From NCBI GenBank assembly GCA_964016885.1, contig CAXHJY010000228.1, positions 1 to 64,000 on the forward strand: a stretch of 64,000 bases of DNA, given 5' to 3'. The notes beneath the pieces are model-generated. The model did not search any database. It saw only the letters and a program-made list of their open reading frames with translations, and was not told the DNA's origin. Numbering within the stretch: position 1 is the stretch's first letter; every line of letters begins with the position of its first letter. Shown piece by piece: positions 52,527 to 64,000 of this stretch. The position numbers and the translations under genes were made by a program. This stretch comes from Eledone cirrhosa (lineage: Eukaryota).

Positions 52527-55500
52527 TTTTATTGCGTGGTTTCATTGCACTGTCGAGAGCAACTATGTGTGCCTTTTATTGCGTGGTTTCATTGCACTGT
52601 CGAGAGCAACTATGTGTGCCTTTTATTGCGTGGTTTCATTGCACTGTCGAGAGAAACTATGTGTGCCTTTTATTGTGTGGTTTCATTGCACTGTCGAGAG
52701 CAACTATGTGTGCCTTTTATTGTGTGGTTTCATTGCACTGTCGAGAGCAACTATGTGTGCCTTTTATTGCGTGGTTTCATTGCACTGTCGAGAGAAACTA
52801 TGTGTGCCTTTTATTGTGTGGTTTCATTGCACTGTCGAGAGCAACTATGTGTGCCTTTTATTGTGTGGTTTCATTGCACTGTCGAGAGCAACTATGTGTG
52901 CCTTTTATTGCGTGGTTACATTGCACTGTCGAGAGCAACTATGTGTGCCTTTTATTGCGTGGTTACATTGCACTGTCGGGAGCAACTATGTCTGCCTTTT
53001 ATTGTGTGGTTTCATTGCACTGTCAAGAGCAACTATGCCTGCCTTTTATTGCGTGGTTTAATTGCACTGTCAAGAGCAACTATGTGTGCCTTTTATTGCG
53101 TGGTTTCATTGCGCTGTCGGGAGCAACTATGTCTGCCTTTTATTGTGTGGTTTCATTGCACTGTCGAGAGCAACTATGTCTGCCTTTTATTGTATGGTTT
53201 CATTGCACTGTCGGGAGCAACTATGTCTGCCTTTTATTGCGTGGTTTCATTGCACTGTCGAGAGCAACTATGTCTGCCTTTTATTGTGTGGTTTCATTGC
53301 ACTGTCGGGAGCAACTATGTGTGCCTTTTATTGTGTGGTTACATAGCACTGTCGAGAGCAGCTATGTGTGCCTTTTATTGCGTGGTTTCATTGCACTGTC
53401 GAGAGCAACTATGTGTGCCTTTTATTGCGTGGTTTCATTGCACTGTCGAGAGCAACTATGTCTGCCTTTTATTGTGTGGTTTCATTGCACTGTCGGGAGC
53501 AACTATGTGTGCCTTTTATTGTGTGGTTACATTGCACTGTCGAGAGCAGCTATGTGTGCCTTTTATTGCGTGGTTTCATTGCACTGTCGAGAGCAACTAT
53601 GTGTGCCTTTTATTGTGTGGTTTCATTGCACTGTCGAGACCAACTATGTGTGCCTTTTATTGCGTTGTTTCATTCCACTGTCGAGAGCAACTATGTGTGC
53701 CTTTTAATGCGTGGTTTCATTGCACTGTCGAGAGCAACTATGTGTGACTTTTATTGTGTGGTTACATTGCACTGTCGAGAGCAACTATGTGTGCCTTTTA
53801 TTGTGTGGTTACATTGCACTGTTGAGAGCAACTATGTGTGCCTTTTAATGCGTGGTTACATTGCACTGTCGAGAGCAACTATGTGTGCCTTTTATTGTGT
53901 GGTTACATTGCACTGTCGGGAGCAACTATGTCTGCCTTTTATTGCGTGGTTTCATTGCACTGTCGAGAGCAACTATGTCTGCCTTTTATTGTGTGGTTAC
54001 ATAGCACTGTCGAGAGCAGCTATGTGTGCCTTTTATTGCGTGGTTTCATTGCACTGTCGAGAGCAACTATGTGTGCCTTTTATTGTGTGGTTTCATTGCA
54101 CTGTCGAGAGCAACTATGTGTGCCTTTTATTGTGTGGTTACATTGCACTGTCGAGAGCAACTATGTGTGGTTACATTGCACTGTCGAGAGCAACTATGTG
54201 TGCCTTTTATTGTGTGGTTTCATTGCACTGTCGAGAGCAACTATGTGTGCCTTTTATTGTGTGGTTTCATTGCACTGTCGAGAGCAACTATGTGTGCCTT
54301 TTATTGCGTTGTTTCATTCCACTGTCGAGAGCAACTATGTGTGCCTTTTAATGCGTGGTTTCATTGCACTGTCGAGAGCAACTATGTGTGACTTTTATTG
54401 TGTGGTTACATTGCACTGTCGAGAGCAACTATGTGTGCCTTTTATTGTGTGGTTACATTGCACTGTTGAGAGCAACTATGTGTGCCTTTTAATGCGTGGT
54501 TACATTGCACTGTCGAGAGCAACTATGTGTGCCTTTTATTGTGTGGTTACATTGCACTGTCGGGAGCAACTATGTCTGCCTTTTATTGCGTGGTTTCATT
54601 GCACTGTCGAGAGCAACTATGTCTGCCTTTTATTGTGTGGTTACATAGCACTGTCGAGAGCAGCTATGTGTGCCTTTTATTGCGTGGTTTCATTGCACTG
54701 TCGAGAGCAACTATGTGTGCCTTTTATTGTGTGGTTTCATTGCACTGTCGAGAGCAACTATGTGTGCCTTTTATTGTGTGGTTACATTGCACTGTCGAGA
54801 GCAACTATGTGTGGTTACATTGCACTGTCGAGAGCAACTATGTGTGCCTTTTATTGTGTGGTTTCATTGCACTGTCGAGAGCAACTATGTGTGCCTTTTA
54901 TTGTGTGGTTACATTGCACTGTCAAGAGCAACTATGTGTGCCTTTTATTGCGTGGTTCCATTGCACTGTCGAGAGCAACTATGTCTGCCTTTTAATGCGT
55001 GGTTTCATTGCACTGTCGGGAGCAACTATGTGTGCCTTTTAATGCGTGGTTACATTGCACTGTCGAGAGCAACTATGTGTGCCTTTTATTGCGTGGTTTC
55101 ATTGCACTGTCGAGAGCAACTATGTGTGCCTTTTATTGCGTGGTTACATTGCACTGTCGAGAGCAACTATGTGTGCCTTTTATTGCGTGGTTACATTGCA
55201 CTGTCGAGAGCAACTATGTGTGCCTTTTATTGCGTGGTTTCATTGCACTGTCGAGAGCAACTATGTGTGCCTTTTAATGCGTGGTTACATTGCACTGTCG
55301 AGAGGAACTATGTGTGCCTTTTATTGTGTGGTTACATTGCACTGTCGGGAGCAACTATGTGTGCCTTTTATTGTGTGGTTACATTGCATTGTCGAGAGCA
55401 ACTATGTGTGCCTTTTATTGTGTGGTTACATTGCACTGTCGAGAGCAACTATGTGTGCCTTTTATTGTGTGGTTACATTGCACTGTCGAGAGCAACTATG

Positions 55501-57712
55501 TGTGCCTTTTATTGTGTGGTTTCATTGCACTGTCGAGAGCAACTATGTGTGCCTTTTATTGTGTGGTTTCATTGCACTGTCGAGAGCAACTATGTGTGCC
55601 TTTTATTGTGTGGTTACATTGCACTGTCGAGAGCAACTATGTGTGCCTTTTATTGCGTGGTTACATTGCACTGTCGAGAGCAACTATGTCTGCCTTTTAA
55701 TGCGTGGTTACATTGCACTGTCGAGAGCAACTATGTGTGCCTTTTATTGCGTGGTTTCATTGCACTGTCGAGAGCAACTATGTGTGCCTTTTATTGCGTG
55801 GTTACATTGCACTGTCGAGAGCAACTATGTGTGCCTTTTATTGCGTGGTTACATTGCACTGTCGGGAGCAACTATGTGTGCCTTTTATTGCGTGGTTTCA
55901 TTGCACTGTCGAGAGCAACTATGTGTGCCTTTTAATGCGTGGTTACATTGCACCGTCGAGAGCAACTATGTGTGCCTTTTATTGTGTGGTTTCATTGCAC
56001 TGTCGGGAGCAACTATATATGCCTTTTATTGTGTGGTTACATTGCACTGTCGAGAGCAACTATGTGTGCCTTTTAATGCGTGGTTTCATTGCACTGTCGG
56101 GAGCAACTATGTGTGCCTTTTAATGCGTGGTTACATTTCACTGTCGAGAGGAACTATGTGTGCCTTTTATTGTGTGGTTACATTTCATTGTCGAGAGCAA
56201 CTATGTGTGCCTTTTATTGTGTGGTTTCATTGCACTGTCGGGAGCAACTATATATGCCTTTTATTGTGTGGTTACATTGCACTGTCGAGAGGAACTATGT
56301 GTGCCTTTTATTGTGTGGTTACATTTCATTGTCGAGAGCAACTATGTGTGCCTTTTATTGCGTCGTTTCATTGCACTGTCGAGAGCAACTATGTGTGCCT
56401 TTTATTGTGTGGTTACATTGCACTGTCGAGAGCAACTATGTCTGCCTTTTATTGTGTGGTTACATTGCACTGTCGAGAGCAACTATATATGCCTTTTATT
56501 GTGTGGTTTCATTGCACTGTCGAGAGCAACTATGTGTGCCTTTTATTGTGTGGTTACATTGCACTGTCGAGAGCAACTATGTCTGCCTTTTATTGCGTGG
56601 TTTCATTGCACTTTCGAGAGCAACTATGTGTGCCTTTTATTGCGTGATTTCATTGCACTGTCGAGAGCAACTATATATGCCTTTTATTGCGTGGTTTCAT
56701 TGCACTTTCGAGAGCAACTATGTGTGCCTTTTATTGCGTGGTTACATTGCACTGTCGAGAGCAACTATATATGCCTTTTATTGTGTGGTTACATTGCACT
56801 GTCGAGAGGAACTATGTGTGCTTTTTATTGTGTGGTTACATTGCACTGTCGAGAGCAACTATATATGCCTTTTTTTGTGTGGTTACATTGCACTGTCGAG
56901 AGGAACTATGTGTGCCTTTTATTGTGTGGTTACATTGCATTGTCGAGAGCAACTATGTGTGCCTTTTATTGCGTGGTTTCATTGCACTGTCGAGAGCAAC
57001 TATGTGTGCCTTTTATTGTGTGGTTTCATTGCACTGTCGTGAGCAACTATGTGTGCCTTTTATTGCGTCGTTTCATTGCACTGTCGAGAGCAACTATGTG
57101 TGCCTTTTATTGCGTCGTTTCATTGCACTGTCGAGAGCAACTATGTGTGCCTTTTATTGCGTGGTTTCATTGCACTGTCGAGAGCAACTATGTGTGCCTT
57201 TTATTGCGTGGTTTCATTGCACTGTCGTGAGCAACTATGTGTGCCTTTTATTGCGTCGTTTCATTGCACTGTCGAGAGCAACTATGTGTGCCTTTTATTG
57301 CGTGGTTTCATTGCACTGTCGAGAGCAACTATGTGTGCCTTTTATTGCGTCGTTTCATTGCACTGTCGAGAGCAACTATGTGTGCCTTTTATTGCGTCGT
57401 TTCATTGCACTGTCGAGAGCAACTATGTGTGCCTTTTATTGCGTGGTTTCATTGCACTGTCGAGAGCAACTATGTGTGCCTTTTATTGCGTCGTTTCATT
57501 GCACTGTCGAGAGCAACTATGTGTGCCTTTTATTGCGTCGTTTCATTGCACTGTCGAGAGCAACTATGTGTACTTTTATTGCGTGGTTACATTGCACTGT
57601 TGGGAGCAACTATGTGTACTTTTATTGTGTGGTTACATTGCACTGTCGAGAGCAACTATGTGTACTTTTATTGCGTGGTTACATTGCACGTTGATTCGTT
57701 GCGTGGTTTCAT
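52527..57712. repeat. 47-bp satellite, about 110 units (ttttattgcgtggtttcattgcactgtcgagagcaactatgtgtgcc)
   Basis: Directly visible head-to-tail array with no spacers. Confidence 0.98.
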
Positions 57713-59340
57713 AGAGATGGCTTCCTTGAGAAGACAGTCATCTCAGTTTTTGCAGCACTGATTTTCATTCCAGCCATGCAGCACTCGGCATCAAACCTAT
57801 CAAGTGCAAGTCGGAGATCACCATCTGTCCAGTTAAGTAGCACCATGTCGTCTGCAAATTCCATCCGATTGATTTTACACACCCGCCAGTCATGATACCA
57901 CTTCCAACCCGACTGCACGTGTCAATCCTGTTTAAGTAAATAATGTTTCTACTTTTGGCACTAGGCCTGCAATTACCCCAGTGTATTACTGGTACTTTAT
58001 TAGCACATACGAGTCAGCCAGAGAATACCTTCTCTATTTAAGACTTTTAATATCTCGGGCCGGATTTCATCTTCTCCAGCAGCTTTGCCACATTTGAGCT
58101 CTTTAACTGCTCTTGTGACCTCAGCCTCTGAGAGATTAGTCATGTTCCCAGATGCTCCTTGTGTACATCCAAAGATGCTGTTGTGATCAGGTTTAGGAGA
58201 TCAGCAAAGTATTCTCTCCACCTCGCGAGGATGTACCTCTCTAAAGAGAGGAGAACCCCAGACGTATTCTTGATAGCTTTGTAAGCCTTCTTCTTTTCTT
58301 GGGTGGCATCTTTGACTTATTGATTGAACCAAAGAATCTTCCTGCCATCCGACATCACACCAAGCTTCTTTCACCCGCAGCATTTAACAGCTGAAGCAGA
58401 AACTGTTGGGCTGAACAATCTCCACTCTGTCCCAACGTCCTCAGTTTGTTCAGGGAGTTCGCTGAATTTGGATGCAATAGTATCTACATACCTGGTCCTG
58501 ACTTCCTTATCCACCAATGCTTCCCACTTTATCATGTTGGTCACCATGGACCTGTCAGTTTTGTGGGCTTCTTTGACTTTAGGTAGTCTCAAGTTGCAGA
58601 TAACTAGATGGTGATCAGTTGACAGCTCAGCCCCTTTCTTAACACAAACATGAATCAAATAGATTAGAGATAATAACAAAATCAATTATTGATCTCTGTC
58701 CCTGATTCCCCTTTACTATGTATATTTATGGATGTCTCTGTGCTGGAAGAAAGTGTTCACAATAGAGAGTCCATTGCTTGAATAGAAGTCTAGTAAGACC
58801 TCTCCATTCGCATATATAGATTGGGGGCGCCATTCCATCCACTCCCTCCTTTCCATGTCAGATGGTCACTGCCATCATGTACATTGAAATCTCCCATCAA
58901 GATGTATGACTCAGTCTTAACTACATCTAATATTCGGACTCCTTGTTTGGTGCATAAACTTTGGTGCACCACCCACAGTCTAAGATTCAAGGGGTAAATC
59001 CTCCCTTCTAATGGGATCCAGTCCATAACACATTCTGACAACCGTGGAGGGGACTTGTGAGTATTCCCACTTCCGCCTGCGCAGTCATTTCTGGTGCCAT
59101 ACCTAAATAGTGGAATTTCCATCCTCCATCCAAATTTACAGTATCGGAGCCACGAAACTTTGTTGAGGAAACCCCGACTATATCTAGCTGGTAGCATCTA
59201 GCCTCCTCCACTAGTTCCTGCTCCTTGCCTGTAAGGGTTGTGATGTTTGCTCCCTTTGGGGTCTCGAGATACACAAAGTGTGTGCGCCCATCCCATGCCT
59301 CCCAGGACAGGTCGCAGCCTAACATGAAATGGAGACTCCA
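57713..59340 (-). mobile_element. Degenerate RTE-clade LINE: APE plus internally deleted RT
   Basis: NITTLTGKEQELVEE, DIVGVSST, VGIL, LMGDFNVH, AELSTDHHLV, KAAGEDEIRPE, EFADDMVLL, GMKISAAKTE; same family as 1-995. Confidence 0.9.
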
Positions 59341-59563
59341 ATATATTTTACGAACAGGCTCCTCTACCTAAGGACTGTACGTGTCCCTTGTTAACCTGCG
59401 CCAAGAACGATGCGGTATGGTTCATTTTTGTTACCGGATCATATTGCAGTTTCAGTTATGTATATAAATTGTTTTTCCTCTCTTTTCTCTCCCCACTCCC
59501 TTTTTTTAAATGTCTTTCCACCACTCCCCCACACTCCCTCGGAACTCTCTTCCTATCCACTTT

Positions 59564-59690
59564 TCTCCGGATGAAGGGCTTATGCACGAAACGTCGTCCC
59601 CCACCCCCCACTCTCAAGCGTGAAACTAATAATATCATTGGTACTGCCTCTTCATTTTTCTGTTTTTTTTGTTCTCTGTTTACTTTTTAA
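59564..59690 (+). mobile_element. pLTR fragment with decayed hammerhead
   Basis: CGGATGA-a-gggc-ttat-gcac-GAAA-cg-TC; tail cactctcaagcgtgaaactaataa also at about 33000. Confidence 0.45.
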
Positions 59691-59696
59691 AAAAAC

Positions 59697-59764
<68 letters not shown>

Positions 59765-60144
59765 CATCATTATTGCCATCGCCCGATGTCGAGAATTTGA
59801 TACCATTGAATATATCTATGTGTTCTAAGGTGGCTGCTGTTTAAAGCCTATTTTTGACCTAACAGAACGCTGATAACGAGGCCATGGGAATTAGGGCACA
59901 GCTTGGTCCTGGAAACTTCAATGTCGGCCCGCTTCTCTCCGATGATGTCACTCTTTTCTACATGTAATTCACAAAGAACTCTTGCCATATCCAACGTTGT
60001 ATATTTTCCACCAGAGCAGACGATCAGATTCATCAAACTATTCCAAGAGGAAGCTTCACTATTAAAGACTTTGAATGTTTGCTATAGATGATCTTTGTAT
60101 TATACTTTGTATACATAAAAACATGCGTGTATGTGTGTGTGCAT

Positions 60145-60179
<35 letters not shown>

Positions 60180-60190
60180 AACACACACAG

Positions 60191-60295
<105 letters not shown>

Positions 60296-60332
60296 CATAC
60301 ATAAACACATGCATACATACACACATATATAT

Positions 60333-60948
60333 ATGGTGGCTGCCAACTCGTTTTCGAGTACGGCCACTACTTTATATCCATGAAGGAGAACTCCTACCGA
60401 TGCGCTGAACGAGTGTGACTTTTTAGTCCAGCCAGCGACTTAAAAACTCTGGTACAAACACTACACTTGTGACAATTATTGACACATAGTGCTGGGCCCA
60501 TGGTACCATGTGACGACAAGTGCAGAGAGATCTCCAGATATAAAGCAATGCCTGTGCCGTGAAGTTTTTATAGTGAGCAAAGGCACTGCACAAAGCCAGT
60601 CCCACTCTCTTAACCAAGATGATATTTACCAAAAAGAAGAACAAGTCAACATCATTGGATACCATCAGGGTTGCAGGTGTTATATCAGAGTTTTCCTTCT
60701 CCTAGAATTCTGCCTTGACAAAGGCTAAGGGGTCATCTCTCCCGGTGATTTTGGATGGCCATTGACTCTTAAGAGCTCCTTTGCCCTTTGACAGGTTTTG
60801 TTTTTAGTCCTGCAGGATGTCCTAAGTCACCCTCCTCACCAAGAAACCTTGGTGGGGTTGCCAGTTTAGTCGCCAACGACCCGACCATGAGACAGGTTGT
60901 ACTGGGATACATGTTACCAGTAGCACCAACTGGTGACCTGACATAAAC
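60333..60948 (-). mobile_element. About 610-bp non-coding interspersed element, copy 2
   Basis: See 46281-46893. Confidence 0.8.
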
Positions 60949-60960
60949 ACATGCATATAT

Positions 60961-61009
<49 letters not shown>

Positions 61010-61014
<5 letters not shown>

Positions 61015-61325
61015 TTTCTGAATTTTTTAGCAAGATTCTTTATCTGAAAACGTGTGTTGAAACCGATATTGTTACACTTTGGGAAGGTCATGTTGCCAAT
61101 AAGAAACACACACACATAGAACAAACAACCAACCAGTAACATGTAAATAAACAATTAAATAAACAAATAAAAACACACACAGACACCCGGATGTAACACA
61201 TGCGCAAACTAAGCACACAACACACACAAAAACAAGATGGCGTAGGACAGAACAAAGGAGAGGCACAAAACAAAGAAAAGAATCCCCAGTCACTGAAGAG
61301 GTCACAGAATGTGTGACGAAAGAAA
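61010..61325. mobile_element. pLTR-type element in (TA)n ending inside a hammerhead
   Basis: Colinear with 63400-63710; agtca-CTGAAGA-g-gtcaca-gaatg-tgtgac-GAAA-g, then truncated. Confidence 0.75.
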
Positions 61326-61326
61326 C

Positions 61327-61372
<46 letters not shown>

Positions 61373-62048
61373 GCCTATTATTATCATATTTACACATAAT
61401 TTTTCTTCTGCTGCCACTCGTCTGTTCGTTTTTACCCTTTCTAGCAGTCTCTCTCTCTGTTAGCCTCCTCCTCCACTTTCACTCACTCATTCTCTGTCAC
61501 TACCTCTCCTCCTCCTCTTTCCTCCTCCTCCTCCTTCAAGTTTGACCCGTGTGTAATTCTTTTCTCGCGCGGTCTTGACCAAGCTGGTATGGAAATTTTT
61601 TTCTCTCTCTCTCTTTCGTCTGCGACTTCACAAAACTTATGTTTACCGAATTCGTAGACCAGACCCCTTTATCTTCTTCTTCTTCTTCTTCTTCTTCTTC
61701 TCTCCTTTTTCCCCCCTGTCAGACTTGTGCGAAATTCTTTCCTTGCTCACATTTCAACCAGGTTTGATGGTCTTTTGTCTCTTGTTCACGATTTCACCGA
61801 GTTTATATTCATAGAGATCTGGGACTTGTCTATTTCTTCTCCCTTTCCGTTGCTTAAACCTTTTTGTTTGTTACCCTGGCGTCCCCTTTGTTTACGTGTC
61901 CCAACGACTTTTTTTAGCCGTTGTTCGCACCAACCTGAGGCATATGGCCCTTAAAGCGATGAAATGCCTGGGACGGTTGGAGGGTCACTGATGAAGGACT
62001 TACTTTTTCATATGCCCAACCATTTGCAACGGGCAGCCTATTATTATC

Positions 62049-62104
<56 letters not shown>

Positions 62105-62108
<4 letters not shown>

Positions 62109-62327
62109 TTAATATAGATGAGATTCTACAGGGCTAGAACTGTTTCATTCTTTAGAAATCATCAGGAATCTGGGTATCAAAAAATATCAAAAAATAGATG
62201 ATTTCTAAAGAATGAAACAGTTCTAGTCCTGTAGAATCTCATCTATATTAAAACTTTTATACTCTGCAATGTATTGAGTACCTTACTTACTGTGGTTACC
62301 TCCGATTCAACCCGGAATAACGTACCT
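62105..62327 (+). mobile_element. Fold-back pLTR element in (TA)n with hammerhead-like motif
   Basis: Arms 62105-62163 / 62197-62255; CTGATGA-tttc-taaa-gaat-GAAA-cag-TT on - in the left arm; homologous to 13908-14040. Confidence 0.75.
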
Positions 62328-62337
62328 ATATATATAA

Positions 62338-62475
62338 TTGTTTCTACTTTTGGCACAAGGCCAGCAATTATCACAGTGCATTACTGGTACTTTATTTTAT
62401 CGACCCCGTAAGGATGAAAGGCAAAGTTAACCTCGGCGGGATTTGTACTCAGAATGGCAAGGGCCGTAACTCTAT
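62338..62475 (-). mobile_element. 5'-truncated SINE family A copy
   Basis: Consensus match from the tail to just past the B-box. Confidence 0.88.
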
Positions 62476-62646
62476 ATATAATGTTGTTGTAATAGTGTAA
62501 TCTTAGTTGTCCACGAAGGAGGATCTCAATATTTATAATAGAGCACACAAACACACAAACACACATATATATATGGTTCTGATCTTGTGATCTTAGTACT
62601 CCACAAAGGAAGAGGAACTCAATATTTATAATAGAGCCAATGTATA

Positions 62647-62756
<110 letters not shown>

Positions 62757-63305
62757 CACGTGGGCGTGTGAGTGTATATACGTGATTGTTCTTGCATGTG
62801 TTTTACGACACAGACAATCAAGAGAACTTTGGGTGCACGGTTTCAAGTCGGTTTTATGTCCCATATCGAAATACAGGCGACTCTCAGACTACAGAAACAG
62901 TTCACAGGCCCAAACAAATATCAAGTATCGACCTATAGTGTTAGGTTTCTCTTCCCGGTTTTCTTTTCGTTCTTTGTCTTCTATTATACATCAACACAAT
63001 ATATTTCTTAGCTTTCTACACAGAAATAGGTTACATTAAAGACACACTTTATCATAATAATAAGTAGTTGTAGTTCTACTAAAAATGAAGTCGTATATCT
63101 TTAGTATCTTCCTTTTATATATTTATGTGTGTTTCAATTTATATATATTAACCTGGGTCGAAGATCAAATCCTCTGTGTGGACATGTATATTCAATCTAT
63201 CTTTAGTAATCTAGTAACATTTCACCTACCCGTATTACGATCAAAGTTAACTTTCACGCAGTTATTGTTTCATCCAATCACTTGAAAATCGAACCATATT
63301 TAATG

Positions 63306-63352
<47 letters not shown>

Positions 63353-63399
63353 AATGGCTTCTATATATATTCGTATATATATATATATATATATATATA

Positions 63400-63870
63400 T
63401 TTCGTTTCTGAATTTGTTTAGCAAGATTCTTTATCTGAAATCGTGTGTTGAAACCGAGATTGTTATACTTTGGGAGGGTCATGTTGCCAATAAGAAACAC
63501 ACGCACCAGTTGCTTTCACTTCAATTTATTATATATTTATAAATTCATAAATTTACAAATCTACAAATTTATAAATTTCTGGTCTGAGCACACAACACAC
63601 ACACACAGAAACAAAATGGCGTAGGACAGAAGGAAAGGCACAGAAACAAAGAAAGGAATCCCCAGTCACTGAAGAGGTCACAGAGTGTGTGACGAAAGGA
63701 CTATGACTATATATAAACAACTATCTGGTTGTAGAACCAACCAACCAACCAGAAATTTATAAATTTGTAGATTTGTAAATTTATGAATTTATAAATATAT
63801 AATAAATTGAAGTGAAAGCAACTGGTGCGTGTGTTTCTTATTGGCAACATGACCCTCCCAAAGTATAACA

Positions 63871-63872
<2 letters not shown>
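63400..63872 (-). mobile_element. Fold-back pLTR-type element in (TA)n
   Basis: About 63748-63872 is the reverse complement of about 63459-63583; unique tail at 63400-63458. Confidence 0.8.
63664..63708 (+). ncRNA. Minimal hammerhead ribozyme
   Basis: agtca-CTGAAGA-g-gtcaca-gagtg-tgtgac-GAAA-ggac-TA-tgact (5-bp stem I, 6-bp stem II). Confidence 0.78.
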
Positions 63873-63903
<31 letters not shown>

Positions 63904-63923
63904 AATGGCTTCTATATATATTC

Positions 63924-63969
<46 letters not shown>

Positions 63970-64000
63970 ATTTAGAGTACATAATGAAAAGAAATAAGTT

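Noticed and set aside
52527-57712. CRISPR array
   Set aside because: Units are contiguous with no unique spacers, there are no cas genes, and the context is eukaryotic
52439-57761. Long Cys-rich ORFs in all three + frames
   Set aside because: They are translations of the 47-bp satellite; the same peptide cycles through the frames and there is no gene structure
59848-60091. Short ORFs that could be a host exon (likewise 35093-35467 and 10780-10862)
   Set aside because: No recognisable domain or consistent splice-site support by eye

Overview
AT-rich, repeat-saturated eukaryotic non-coding DNA. The SINE families and microsatellite load point to a cephalopod, most likely Octopus (recognised from memory, not from a search). 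No host protein-coding gene could be supported, and nearly all listed ORFs are microsatellite or satellite artefacts. The window holds a near-intact CR1/L2-group LINE ORF2 (APE+RT, one frameshift) inside huge (TA)n arrays, two decayed RTE LINE copies plus RTE, Vingi and other LINE 3' fragments, a Penelope-like element (PLE) with an open GIY-YIG frame and inverted pseudo-LTRs, and a second PLE RT remnant with no C-terminal endonuclease. It also has about 20 tRNA-derived SINE copies, three hAT-type MITEs, mariner remnants, a non-autonomous Helitron, an interstitial (TTAGGG)n tract, several minisatellites and a 5.2-kb 47-bp satellite. The most striking pattern is a population of short fold-back PLE-type elements, nearly all bounded by (TA)n, carrying minimal hammerhead ribozymes from several unrelated families. 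These include U3-A8 core variants, a recurring U3/A8/C13 variant, an apparently antisense hammerhead, and one copy whose fold-back junction sits at the predicted cleavage site.
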